The notes below the pieces were generated by a model that ran no database searches, was not told the DNA's origin, and saw only the letters and a list, made by a program, of their open reading frames with translations. The position numbers and the translations under genes were made by a program. A stretch of 15,640 nt of DNA from Octopus sinensis (taxonomy: Eukaryota): contig NW_021825189.1 of the NCBI RefSeq assembly GCF_006345805.1, forward strand, positions 1 to 15,640, given 5' to 3'. The first letter of the stretch is position 1; each line of letters starts with the position of its first letter. Of this stretch, positions 1-11,575 are shown piece by piece.

Positions 1-1143
1 CAACAATGTCTGCTCTCCGGGCATCAGTCACTGGGTAATATTCTATTGTACAATCCCATAAGATTATTATGCCTTCTGGTTTGTGTCTGTACAATGTCCG
101 TGCTCTTTCAAGACCGTACTTCTCACACAATCTCCAATGAACAAACTTAGCCACGTTATCGTGTCTTTTGTATTTCCTTTGGGCTAGTTTGCCACACTCA
201 CAATGTGTGAGATTGTTTAATTTTGGTTGTCACACATCCTACAAAGGGACGACACACTGCTCTTATCTATTTGGAATTTGGTGTAATTAGTTCTCAGAGC
301 TTGTTCCTGATCACTGCATATCAATGCCTCAGTGCATTCTTTCAGATCACTTTTCTTTAGCACTTCCAGCTGTTGGTCTTGTTTTTCCCTTCCATTTTTC
401 TAAGGTATTGCCTATGCATCGTTTTCATTTTCCAATTGCTCAATCTTTGTTCTCCATCTTGTATCTTAAATATTTCTGGGTGTGTTATATTTTCACTAGA
501 TGCCGTGCTGCTATTTCTTACAGCGATAAGCCAAGGTTTAATCTGATGTTTGACATACCATCCCAGACTGTTTTCTTCATTAACAACACAAATTGTGTAT
601 CTTATGTTCCTCCCTTGTATCTAAGCACGTACAGTCTATCGATATCGCTTTTAGGGTAGGGATCCTTGTTCATTGCCATCCCTTTTTTGTTTTATCTATC
701 CATTTCCTCAAGATCGTTATATGTCCACCTGAAACACCTGTGCCATATTGCATTAAAGAAACATCCCATGTATTCATTACCCTGATCTTGTTCTTTCCAA
801 TGAGTCTACTCTCCATAATTAATTTTGCTCTTTTGAGGTATTCTCGCTTGAAAGGTTTCCTTCACTCTCCTTGATTTTGTCCTGTCCAAAATACCAAGAT
901 ACTTATATTCATCCATTACATCTTCCTGATTCTCTGGCCGTTGGGTAGTTCTACGCCATCAGATGACACTATTTGATTTTTTTATGACAAGAATACCACA
1001 CTTCTTAATACCAAATTACATCCCTATATCCTTATTGAATATCTGCACTGTTGAAACCAGAGCATTTATTTCACGTTCACTCTTACCAAAGATCTTCAAG
1101 TCATTCTTATATAACAAGTGATTTAACTTTCCTCCATCTTCCA
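1..1143 (-). mobile_element. Decayed R4/Dong-clade non-LTR retrotransposon fragment (RT C-terminal half, CCHC zinc knuckle, start of RLE), 5'-truncated and cut by the window edge
   Basis: Manual minus-strand translation across stops and frameshifts: GKLNHLLYKNDLKIF (degenerate YMDD), FGIKKCG, YKYLGIL, PKSDIDRLYV..KGG, QEQALRTNY, LCRMC..TISHIVS, YKRHDNVAKFVHWRLCEKYG, ILWD, DARRADIV. The 5' junction abuts a (TAA/TGA)n tract. Confidence 0.92.
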
Positions 1144-1200
1144 GGATTATTATCATTATTACCATCATCATCATCATCATCATTACTACTGCTGCTACTA
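1144..1200. repeat. Compound (ATT)/(ATC)/(ACT/GCT) trinucleotide microsatellite
   Basis: Directly visible tandem triplets. Confidence 0.9.
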
Positions 1201-2020
1201 TATGCTTTTAGTGACATCAGCATTATTTTACTATATTTCATTTGGTGAAAACATGTACCTTTCCGCTGTATTTGCAAGCAAGGAATTCCGGAGCTTATGG
1301 TGGTCTACGCTGTTACTTCGAAGTAGACAAAATGTTTGTTTTTAAACATTTATTTAATTATTACAATATTCGTTTTGATTTATTTCCGAAGTTTAAACGA
1401 CAGCTTCTTTTTCATCGGGATTAGCTGTAAGTGGCAATATCAAGAAAGTGGCATCGATTCTTCCTCCAAGCATTTTAAACAGGTGGTCGAATATTTTTGT
1501 AAACGCAATTAAGAGTTTGAAAAAACTCTCTGACAAACAAAAAGAAAATGGCAACAGTTGAGCAAATAAACATAGAAAAAAATTTAACTTCACGAACTGT
1601 AACCAGCATGGAAGATAGAAATATAGTCAGCAAATTTTTTTTCACCCCCAATGTTGTCTGTGAGAAAATAAATCTGAAAATGTGTCAACTCATAGGAACA
1701 AAGAGTCACGAAATCTCCAGCCTCGTTGCATGACGTTGTTATCGAAGAAAGAACAAAGAGAAAATTTACGTATGCCTGCTATTCGAAAACATAGGATTTC
1801 TCTCTGTGCTTTCAAAGAAGCAATTCAAAGAATACCTGACTGATATATGGCATGCTGTGGTCCCACTGAACGATAAAGGATTATATGCCTAATCTTCGAG
1901 GTCGGGTACGAAGTGTCAGAATAGGCTGAGTTATGGCGTTACACATTTGGTTCATGCGATACTATACAGGGGGCGTCGAAACAGAAAGGTTGCACCCACA
2001 TGGACTGGTAGTAAAATCGG

Positions 2021-2052
2021 CTTCAAATTTCAGGCCTTGTACTTATAGTACG
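2021..2052 (+). mobile_element. Possible degenerate SINE 3' terminus preceding an (ATT)n tail
   Basis: 'caaatttcaggccttgtacttatagta' resembles the SINE ends at 5750-5780 ('aaatttcagatcttgtgtcattagta') and 8670-8700, and is followed by (ATT)n. Confidence 0.4.
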
Positions 2053-2056
2053 ACTA

Positions 2057-2148
<92 letters not shown>
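2057..2148. repeat. (ATT)n microsatellite
   Basis: Direct tandem repeat. Confidence 0.97.
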
Positions 2149-2149
<1 letters not shown>

Positions 2150-2309
2150 TTTATGTTTGACTTTTGCTTTACTTTTGTACAAGTTGGCTCCAAGTGTCAC
2201 CCAGAGACCTCAAGAGACAATAAGTTATGAGTTCATGTTGGTGTTATGCCTAGGGTGCCATATATTTGATTTTGCACATATTGTTGTTCTAGATAATGTT
2301 TAAGGAACC
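2149..2309 (-). mobile_element. Probable 3'-UTR fragment of a (TAA)n-associated LINE (second Dong-like family)
   Basis: Non-coding 160-bp island between triplet arrays. On the minus strand it ends '...gcaaaagtcaaacataaag(taa)n', the same tail polarity as the Dong copies. The family assignment is from recall and is not provable from this sequence. Confidence 0.45.
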
Positions 2310-2310
2310 G

Positions 2311-2345
<35 letters not shown>

Positions 2346-2363
2346 ATTATTATTATTATTATT

Positions 2364-2920
2364 GAGTGAGAGAGCGGTGCAGGCCATCAAAGTGACACTG
2401 GGGTTAAAATATACGAAGCCAGTATACCCATCATGACTACCCATCTGATAAGGGTTCACTAGGCACATGCATCACAACCATATGTGCGTGACATGATGAT
2501 CTCATATCAAGATAAACAGCACATGACCTTGCAGGTGGGGCCCAGTTAGAATTTTCTTCTGGTCGAGCAACCCATCTAGCTCAAAATGTCCCTGAATAAG
2601 GGTTGTTTAAGGATGTTGAACGATACACCCATGTTTCCAGAGGTGAATTATTCAAACCCCAAAGAATTCCTCTCAACACATGGCTTTGATGCTCTCCCAC
2701 TACTTCTGCTCGTGATCAGAGATGCACATATCGTCAGCCACTAAGGGACATGCTCAACTGGTTAAGGTCAAACAACTGACAAGCAAATCTGTGGTGTTCA
2801 GCAGAATATTTGCTGTTAGCCCATCTTTTATACCAAGACAAAACAATGTACATGATAACACTTCCAATCAGTTAAGATCAGAAGCCATGAGAGCCACTGC
2901 CTGGTACTGCATCATGGCAT
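2364..2920 (-). mobile_element. Unclassified ~555-bp interspersed repeat (copy 1) embedded in a (TAA)n array
   Basis: Aligns end to end by eye with 8816-9360. Triplet arrays lie on both flanks and there is no tRNA head. Strand is inferred from the '...ctctctcactc(aat)n' tail. Confidence 0.8.
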
Positions 2921-3003
2921 TAATTATTATTATTATTATTGTTGTTGTTGTTGCTGTTGTTGTTGTTGTTGTCGTCGTCGTCGTCGTCGTCGTCGTCATC
3001 ATT

Positions 3004-3070
<67 letters not shown>

Positions 3071-3081
3071 TATTATTATTA
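2921..3081. repeat. Compound microsatellite (ATT)-(GTT)-(GTC)-(ATC)-(ATT)
   Basis: Direct reading. Confidence 0.95.
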
Positions 3082-3164
3082 TTTCTTACTCCCACTTCTC
3101 CTGCCCCTATTGATCGCTCTTCATTATACTTTCTTTGTCTTTCATATTTTGTCTCTGTTTTCTG

Positions 3165-3240
3165 AGGTTTTTTGTTTTGTTTTGTTTTGTTTTGTTTTGA
3201 TTTTTTTGTTGTTGTTGTTTTTTTGTTGTTTTTTTTTTCA
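3165..3240. repeat. (TTTTG)n/(GTT)n T-rich low-complexity tract
   Basis: Direct reading. Confidence 0.85.
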
Positions 3241-3334
3241 TTTTTCAAATCGTGTTTCCTTTGGAATTTGGGTCAAATATAACAAACATTCGTTAAAAGA
3301 CTTTATTCTTGCTTCTGGTTGTTGCTATCCTTGA

Positions 3335-3670
3335 TACTATTGTTGTTGCAGTTCGTTTTGTTATTGCTGTTGCTTCTGTTTTTGTTGCTGTTATTGCTGC
3401 TGCTACTGCTGCTGCTACTGCTGCTGCTACTGCTGCTGCTGCTGCTGCTGTTGTTGTTTCTGATAAACTGTGATTTGTCATTACATTAGGCGACATCTCA
3501 CTTCGTGTTGTTGCTGTAGGATGGGGGTAGTAACGGCGGCAGAGGCGGTGGCGACGACGATGGCGGCGGCGGCGGCGGTGGTGGTGAATGGTGGTGGTGG
3601 TGGTGGTGGTGGTGGTGGTGGTGGTGTGGCTGCTGCCGCCGCCGGTGGAGGTGCTGGTGGTAGTGGAGAA
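3335..3670. repeat. Mosaic (GCT/ACT/GTT) then (GGC/GGT) trinucleotide low-complexity region
   Basis: Direct reading. It explains the poly-A/G/T/H ORFs. Confidence 0.85.
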
Positions 3671-3743
3671 AGAAGCTGATTTCTTTTTTTTTTACCTCGT
3701 CATAATAACCCACTGAGAGAATAAGTTGAATGAAAACAAAATA

Positions 3744-3760
3744 ACGACGACGACGACGAC

Positions 3761-3802
<42 letters not shown>
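3744..3802. repeat. (GAC)n(GAT)n microsatellite
   Basis: Direct reading. Confidence 0.95.
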
Positions 3803-3805
<3 letters not shown>

Positions 3806-3827
3806 ACAGAAAAGAACAGAACGCAAA

Positions 3828-3832
3828 AACGA

Positions 3833-3892
<60 letters not shown>

Positions 3893-3945
3893 ACGAAAAA
3901 AAGAAAGAAAGAAAGAAAAAAAAAAAGAAAGAAAGAAAGAAAGAG
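3828..3945. repeat. (GAAA)n tetranucleotide microsatellite
   Basis: Direct reading. Confidence 0.95.
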
Positions 3946-4388
3946 TTCTGTGAGGTAGACGGAGAAGGTAATATCGAGGGATCTGAGTTCCATTTACATT
4001 GATTGCTCAACTGGAACGCTGGAAAGATCATAGTCTCTAACTCTTAATCTGCTTATATCTCCTTTAGGTGTTGAACCGGTAAATAAATTTGCCTGAATTC
4101 AACGAGAAGTCTCTTTGGTTAGCAAGTGTAGAGGAATCGTCGACATCAAATGGCAAAGTTCTTTTTTGCAACACACGGGGACTTCGGTGCTTAATTATTT
4201 TCACCGATTGTCTTTTCCCCTCCCCCAAGCCTGCTATTTACTGCTATCACAACATGAACAGCAACAGCAAAAGAACTTACAGAAAAACAAAAAAAAAAAA
4301 AAAATGTCCAATCCGGTGTGTTGTATGCTGTTTTCTTTCTCTCTTTAAAGTGTTGTTCTATCATTATTATTAAAATTATTATTAGACA

Positions 4389-4960
4389 GCCAAGGTCGGT
4401 TTTGCCTTTCATTTTTGTGAGATCGATAAAATAAGTACCTATTTCTTTACTACCCACAAGGGGCTAAACACAGAGAGGACTCGTAACTTAACTGTTCGAC
4501 AAATGAAACCGATAAAATACGTAGTGGGGGAGGTCGATTCTCCAATGTGGTGCTCCAGCATGGCTGCGGTTCAATGACCAAAACAAGTGAAAAAAAAAGG
4601 AACGATAAAAGAGAGCGAAAATTTCCCAAATTCTTTATAAATTTCAAATAAATTAGATATTTAATACCTATTTTTTACTACCCACAAGGGGCTGAACACA
4701 GAGAGGACAAACAGAGACAGACAAACGGATTAAGCCGATTTTATCGACTACCAGTGCGTAACTGGTACTTAATTTATCGACTCCGAAAAGATGAAAGGCT
4801 AAGTCGACCTCGGTGGAATTTGAACTCAGAACGTAACGACAGACGAAATACGGCTACGCATTTCGCCCGGCGTGCTAACGTTTCTGCCAGCTCGATAAAA
4901 TAAGTACCAGCCGTGCATTGAGGCCGATGTAATAATAAACTAGTGTCATACCCAGAAAGG
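4389..4960 (+). mobile_element. 5'-truncated SINE (host copy) split by a nested insertion at 4440-4891
   Basis: The 5' piece 'aaggtcggttttgcctttcatt...tcgataaaataagtacc' continues as 'tcgataaaataagtaccagcc...gatgtaat...agaaagg(att)n' after the insert. It is homologous to the full copy at 5580-5780. Confidence 0.75.
4668..4894 (-). mobile_element. Near full-length tRNA-derived SINE
   Basis: Minus strand: A-box-like 'gagctggcagaaacg', B-box 'gagttcaaattcc', central domain 'gaggtcgacttagcctttcatcttttcggagtcgataaattaagtaccag' (Meta/MESC-like domain from recall), and 3' part 'gccccttgtgggtagtaaa'. Confidence 0.85.

Positions 4961-5046
<86 letters not shown>
4961..5046. repeat. (ATT)n(GTT)n microsatellite
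   Basis: Direct reading. Confidence 0.95.
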
Positions 5047-5047
<1 letters not shown>

Positions 5048-5419
5048 ACCTCCTTTTCGCTAAAGCGGTGGTATCGTTTTCAGTTGCGTTTGTTTGTTTG
5101 TTTGTCCGTGGACAAGATATCTCAAGAACCGCTGGATGGAATAGGATGAAACTTTCAGGGATGTTTGGCCTCGTGACTGGCACGAACTGATTTAGATTTG
5201 GGGATCAATCCAGGATCCGGAGAAGGATTCTGGATTATTTTTTCGTTTTTTTACTTAATATTTTTTCTTAATTGTTCGGGTTCATTTTTAGCATTCTCGT
5301 TTGTGAGAGTAGCCGAGTTTATTTCAGATATTTTAATTTTAAAAATCATCTCTGGCTAATCGTTGAGACGACGTCGGTGTTTCCTTTGCAGAGGTCTGCA
5401 CTCTATGAGTGCTCTTGTT
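5046..5419 (+). mobile_element. Probable non-autonomous Helentron (HINE/DINE-1-like element)
   Basis: TT-flanked with (GTT)n on both sides. It has a 5' 'ttacctcc' and a degenerate complementary 3' 'tttgcagaggt', an internal (GTTT)n microsatellite, a 'ggatgaaactttcaggg' core, and a 3' hairpin GCACTC-TAT-GAGTGC just before the end. This matches the known HINE architecture. Confidence 0.7.
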
Positions 5420-5438
5420 GTTGTTGTTGTTGTTGTTC

Positions 5439-5482
<44 letters not shown>

Positions 5483-5508
5483 GTTATTATTATTATTATT
5501 ATTATTAT

Positions 5509-5578
<70 letters not shown>

Positions 5579-5579
5579 A
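5420..5579. repeat. (GTT)n(ATT)n(AGT)n compound microsatellite
   Basis: Direct reading. Confidence 0.95.
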
Positions 5580-5780
5580 GGCGGTGAGTTTGCAGAACCG
5601 GATGAAATGCTTAGCGACATTCCGTGCGTCCTTACGATCTGAGTTCTAATCCTCTGAGGTCGACTTTCCTTTTCATCCTTTTGGGATCGATGATTTAAGT
5701 ACTGGTGGAACACTGGGATCGATGTTATCGACTAGACGCCTCCCAAATAAATTTCAGATCTTGTGTCATTAGTACAAAGG
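5580..5780 (+). mobile_element. tRNA-derived SINE with an AAAGG(ATT)n tail
   Basis: Head 'ggcggtgagtttgcagaa', B-box-like 'gagttctaatcc', central domain 'gaggtcgactttccttttcatcc...taagtactgg', and 3' end 'agtacaaagg(att)n'. Confidence 0.85.
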
Positions 5781-5835
5781 ATTATTATTATTATTATTAT
5801 CATTATTACTATTATTATTATTATTATTATTATTA

Positions 5836-5890
<55 letters not shown>
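5781..5890. repeat. (ATT)n microsatellite shared by the SINE tail and the Dong tail
   Basis: Direct reading. Confidence 0.95.
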
Positions 5891-7373
5891 TATAAACACA
5901 CAGCAGATTATCCCTAATAACTCTGTTTTCTGGAGCTGTACCAAACTAGGTTTTATGCTTATTTCCTCTATCCATCTGTTCAGGTCTTTAGGGATAGTTC
6001 CCAATGCACCTATAACTACTGGGATACATTTTATCCGCTCTTTCCATAATCTCTGTTAATTTAATAACTAGATCCCGGTATTTTGTTATTTTTTCTATAC
6101 TTCCCCTATTAATGCTTTCATCATTTGGGACTGCAAAGTCAATTATGTGGCACTTTCTGTTCTCTTTATCTATTACTACCAAATCAGGCCTTCTAGCTTC
6201 TATTACTCTGTCAGTCTAAATGTTGAAGTCTTTCTGTGGCAGCATGCGAGATTCACTTACTATATGAGTAACGTTTTTCTCTTTTGATTTGCATAATTTA
6301 CACTGGGAATTTATTTGGTTTTTGTCTACCTTGGCTTTTATATAATTAGTCCTTAATGCTTGATCTTATGCAGCTACTAACGAGCTTTCTTCTCTTCAGC
6401 TTTCCTTTCTTCAACCACAACCATGTCTCACAACTACTATTTGCTGCAACTATCTTTGGGAATCTACCATACAACGCCTTCTCCTGTTAGTCAAATATTT
6501 TCCGTTCTTTTTTCTGATTTTTAAATTTTCTGATTTTTAACGTTTGGGTTTTTGGTTTCCTTATGTCTTGCTGTGACTCTAGCAGCTTTTAATAAACTTT
6601 CTTCGCTATTACCTACATATGAGTCTATATCTACTCTAGCTAATTCCATGCAGTCTTCTACTGATATTAACCCTCTTCCGCCTTCCTTTCTAGGTAAGTA
6701 TAATCTTGCTACTCCTGCCCTTGGGTAAAGTCTTCCATTCATATTGAATTCCTTCCTAGTTCTTCTGTTTAGCTTTCCTGATTCAGTTTTTGTCCAATCT
6801 ACAAAAGCTGCGGAGTATCTAAATAATGATACTGCCCAAATATTTTACAGCCTTCACTAGATTCGGACCATTTAGCTTTGACTTTATTAGTTCCCTCACC
6901 CTTCTGATGTACTCCTCAATTTTCGCTTTCATTTCTGTAGTTAGTACCGTGTTGGATTCTAATACTCCTAGATACTTATAACTCTGACCTCCTTTCAATG
7001 ATTTTAATGCCTGGCCATCTGGTAATTGGATACCTTCGCTGGTAATTGGACTACCTGTCCCTTTCTCGTGATTAATATTGCACACTTATCTATGCCAAAT
7101 TCCATGCCTATATCTTTGCTGAAGAGTTTTACTGTCAGTATTAAGGAATCTATCTCTTTTTCATTCTTACTAAAAAGCTTCAGATCATCCATGTAGAGCA
7201 AATGGTTAATTTCCCCTTACTATTTCTGAACTGATAGCTTGCCTTCCTTAAAACTAAACTGTTGGGGATCGAACATAAGACAGATATTAAAGGAGACAAC
7301 GAGTCCCCCTAGAAAATTCCTCTTTTGATATTAACTTTCCCTAACAGTGTGTCACCTTGATATTAACTTGCCC

Positions 7374-7375
<2 letters not shown>
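5891..7375 (-). mobile_element. R4/Dong-clade LINE, 5'-truncated and internally deleted, flanked by (TAA)n on both sides
   Basis: Minus-strand motifs: GKVNIKRGIF*GDSLSPL, NHLLYMDDLKLF, FGIDKCA, YKYLGVLE, RLYLPRKEGGRGL, DQALRTNY, CKLC..THIVS, EARRPDLVVID..IIDFAVP..EKITKY (PD-(D/E)xK RLE), GALGTIPK, LQK..LLG. Confidence 0.95.

Positions 7376-7462
<87 letters not shown>
7376..7462. repeat. (ATT)n microsatellite
   Basis: Direct reading. Confidence 0.97.
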
Positions 7463-7466
<4 letters not shown>

Positions 7467-7620
7467 ACACAACAGATTAGACTGTTGGAAAAGAAAAATC
7501 CCTAACATCAGGCTACAGCAAGTAACCTTAGCTATCAAATACCCTGCTAAGTATCCTAGCTGTCCCTAATAACACTGTTTTCTGGAGCTGTACTAAACTG
7601 CTTTATACCTATTTCCTCTA
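7463..7620 (-). mobile_element. 158-bp Dong 3'-terminal fragment (copy A)
   Basis: Encodes EEIGIK../LVQLQKTVLLGTARILSRVFDS* plus 3' UTR ending 'taatctgttgtgtatag(taa)n'. Homologous to 5891-5960. Differs from 15350-15507 at 1 of 158 nt. Confidence 0.92.
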
Positions 7621-8615
<995 letters not shown>

Positions 8616-8618
8616 TGG

Positions 8619-8700
8619 AAGTACCAGTGAAACACTGGGTCGACATAATCGACTGGTCCTCTCCCTCAAAATTTCCGCCTATGCGCCTTTAGTAGAAAGG
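8619..8700 (+). mobile_element. SINE 3' half with an AGAAAGG(ATT)n tail
   Basis: 'aagtaccagtgaaacactgggtcgacataatcgact...agtagaaagg(att)n' is homologous to 5698-5780. Confidence 0.8.
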
Positions 8701-8757
<57 letters not shown>

Positions 8758-8815
8758 TTATATTATTATTATTATTATTGTTATTACTATTATTATTATT
8801 ATTATTATTATTATT
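8701..8815. repeat. (ATT)n microsatellite
   Basis: Direct reading. Confidence 0.97.
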
Positions 8816-9360
8816 GAGTGAGAGAGCAGTGCATGCCATTAAAGTGACACTGGGGTAAAATATACGAAGCCCAATATCCCCATCATGACTACCCGTCTGA
8901 TAAGGGTACAACCAGGCACATGCATCACAACCATATGGCGCGACATGGTGATCTCATATCAAGATAAATAGCACATGACCTTGCAGGGTGGGCCCTGTTA
9001 GAATTTTCTCAGGTTGAGCCCATCCCGCTCAAAAGGTCCCTGAATAAGGGTTGTTTAAGAATGTTGAAAGAAACACCCATGTTTTCCAGAGGTGAATTAT
9101 TCAAACCCCAAAGAATCCCTCTCAACACATGGCTATGATGCTCCCCCACTACTTCTGCTCGTGATCAGATGCACATATCGTCAGCCACTAAGGGACATGC
9201 TCAACTGGTTAAGGTCAAACAAATGACAAGCAAATCTGTGGTATTGAGCAGAATATTTGCTGTAGCCCATCTTTTAATACCAAGACCAAACAATGTACAT
9301 GATAACACTTTCAATCAGTTTAGATCAGAAGCCATGAGAGCCACTGCCTGGTACTGCATC
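8816..9360 (-). mobile_element. Unclassified ~550-bp interspersed repeat (copy 2) embedded in (TAA)n
   Basis: Collinear with 2364-2920. It has the same tail-side end and lacks about 7 nt at the other end. (ATT)n lies on both flanks. Confidence 0.8.
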
Positions 9361-9490
9361 ATTATATTATTATTATTATTTATTATTATTATGATTATTA
9401 TTATTATTATTATTATATTATTATTATTATCATCATCATTAATTATTATTATTTATTATTATCATCATTATGATTATTATTATTATTATT
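9361..9490. repeat. Degenerate (ATT)n microsatellite
   Basis: Direct reading. Confidence 0.92.
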
Positions 9491-9524
9491 CAACAACACT
9501 GCACTGTTCGAAACTCTTAGACAA

Positions 9525-9858
9525 ATAGATAGATAGATAATAGATAGATAATAGATTAGATAGAAGATATATAGATAGATAGATAGAATAGATAGATAGG
9601 TATAGGTGGGAATGTAGGTAGTTAGATAGATAGATAGATAGATATATGATGATAGATAATAGATAGATAGATAGATACGAAAGAGAGATAAAGGGGTAGA
9701 CAGACAAGAGACCACAGACAGACAGGACAGGACAGACAAACAGACGACAGACAGACAGACATAGAATAGACAGATAGATAGATAGATAGATAGATCGAAT
9801 AGATAGAATAGATAGATAGATAGATTAGATAGATTAAGATAGATAGATAGATAGATTA
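9525..9858. repeat. (GATA)n/(GACA)n tetranucleotide array
   Basis: Direct reading. A GACA block lies within GATA blocks. Confidence 0.93.
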
Positions 9859-10227
9859 CATTCATATATATGCATACATTTAACACAATATATATAATAG
9901 ATCGATATAGATACATAGATAGGTTTATGTCTATGGGATTATAGTGTATTATATATGAATATGTATACAGTTATGTACGTATTGTCGCATATCAATATAT
10001 CAATATCAACATACATATATACAAATCAATATTCACATAGATGAATGCCTATAAATTTGTGCTGTGTTTGTGCGTGTAAGTACATGTGTATATCGTTTGA
10101 CCAATGGCCTATAAAATTAATTACATACAGAACAAATTTACCTATATAGCAATTTAACTGCGTTATTGTATGGCGGTCGAGACGAAGTGTAGTGTATGCC
10201 CACTCCTATACACATATAATATACTAT

Positions 10228-10680
10228 TATGTGCGTGTGTGTGTGTGTGTATATATATGTATGTATGTATGTATGTGTATATATATATGTGTGTGCCCAT
10301 ATATATGTATATGTATATATATATATGCAAATACATACATATATATATATATATACGTATGCATATATATATACACACATATACCTATACATACTTATAT
10401 ATATATGCATATATATTTATATGTATATGTACATATGTCTGTGTATATACATATATATATATATATTTATATATATCTATATATATATATATATATTATA
10501 TATAATACACATGTATATATATGTATATACACATACATATGTACATATACATATAAATATATATATGTATGTATAAGGTATATGTATATATAATATATTT
10601 ATATATATATATATATATATGTATATATTTGCATATATATACATATATATATATATGAGCACACACACACACACACATAT
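10228..10680. repeat. Mosaic (TA)/(TG)/(CA)/(TACA) dinucleotide low-complexity region
   Basis: Direct reading. Confidence 0.92.
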
Positions 10681-11121
10681 ATGGAAGTAGGGAAAAAACA
10701 GATATACATATGTGTATACACACATATATACACACACGCACATAGACATATGTATATGTATATTTATGCACATATACAAAAATACATACCCAGACAGACA
10801 CACATACATACATACATACAAACATACAAATATACGTATGTTTGAATATATATGTGTATGTATACATATATGTATGCATACATGTGTGGTGTGTGTGTTT
10901 GTGTGTGTGTGTGGGTGTGTGTGTGTGTGTGTGTGGTGTGTCTTCTGTTTCGTCCTTATACATCAAACCATGTAAATGTCTCATAATCCTTTCTATCTAT
11001 CTATCTCTATATATATAACACAAGACAGACGTAGACCTGTACGGCAACAATAGGTGAAACAAAATCGAGAATGTCTATTTAAACATAATTACGCTGTAAT
11101 GACGAATATCTGTGTGAGCGC

Positions 11122-11169
<48 letters not shown>

Positions 11170-11575
11170 TATATATATATACGCGCTCACACAGATATTC
11201 GTAATTATGTTTAATAGACATTTCTCGATTTTGTTTCACCTATTGTTGCCGTACAGGTCTACGTCCTGTCTTGTGTCTATATAGATAGATAGATAGAAAG
11301 GATTATGAGACATTTACATGGTTTGATGTATAAGAGACAAACAGACAGACATACACACACACACACACACACATGTATGCATACATATATGTATACATAC
11401 ACATATATATTCAAACATACGTATATTTGTATGTTTGTATGTATGTATGTATGTGTGTCTGTCTGGGTATGTATTTTTGTATATGTGCATAAATATACAT
11501 ATACATATGTCTATGTGCGTGTGTGTATATATGTGTGTATACACATATGTATATCTGTTTTTTCCCTACTTCCAT
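10681..11575. repeat. Long inverted repeat: arms 10681-11122 and 11182-11575 around a (TA)n centre
   Basis: 'atggaagtagggaaaaaacagatat...' mirrors '...atatctgttttttccctacttccat', and the inner ends 'tgtgtgagcgcg(ta)n cgcgctcacaca' mirror each other. The ORF track shows the same peptides on opposite strands. Confidence 0.97.

Noticed and set aside
1250-1960. Possible decayed DNA-transposon (mariner-like) remnant around ORF 1548-1733
   Set aside because: No TIRs, DDE/D motifs or convincing HTH are recognisable.
2840-2920. HDV-like ribozyme at the presumed 5' end of the 550-bp element
   Set aside because: A P3/L3-like hairpin (GGC-UCUCAUG-GCU) exists, but no matching P1, P1.1 or P2 pairing could be found.
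2722-3165. Repeated ORF 'MHISSATKGHAQLVKVKQ...' (also 9169-9528) suggesting a duplicated gene
   Set aside because: It lies inside the interspersed 550-bp repeat, runs into microsatellite and has no motif. Indels between the two copies are not frame-constrained.
4780-4894. tRNA gene-like A/B boxes (also at 5580-5660)
   Set aside because: These are SINE heads with no cloverleaf and are followed by SINE body sequence.
7017-7052. 12-bp direct repeat (tccaattaccag on the minus strand) inside the Dong RT
   Set aside because: It is a small local duplication causing a frameshift, which is ordinary decay.
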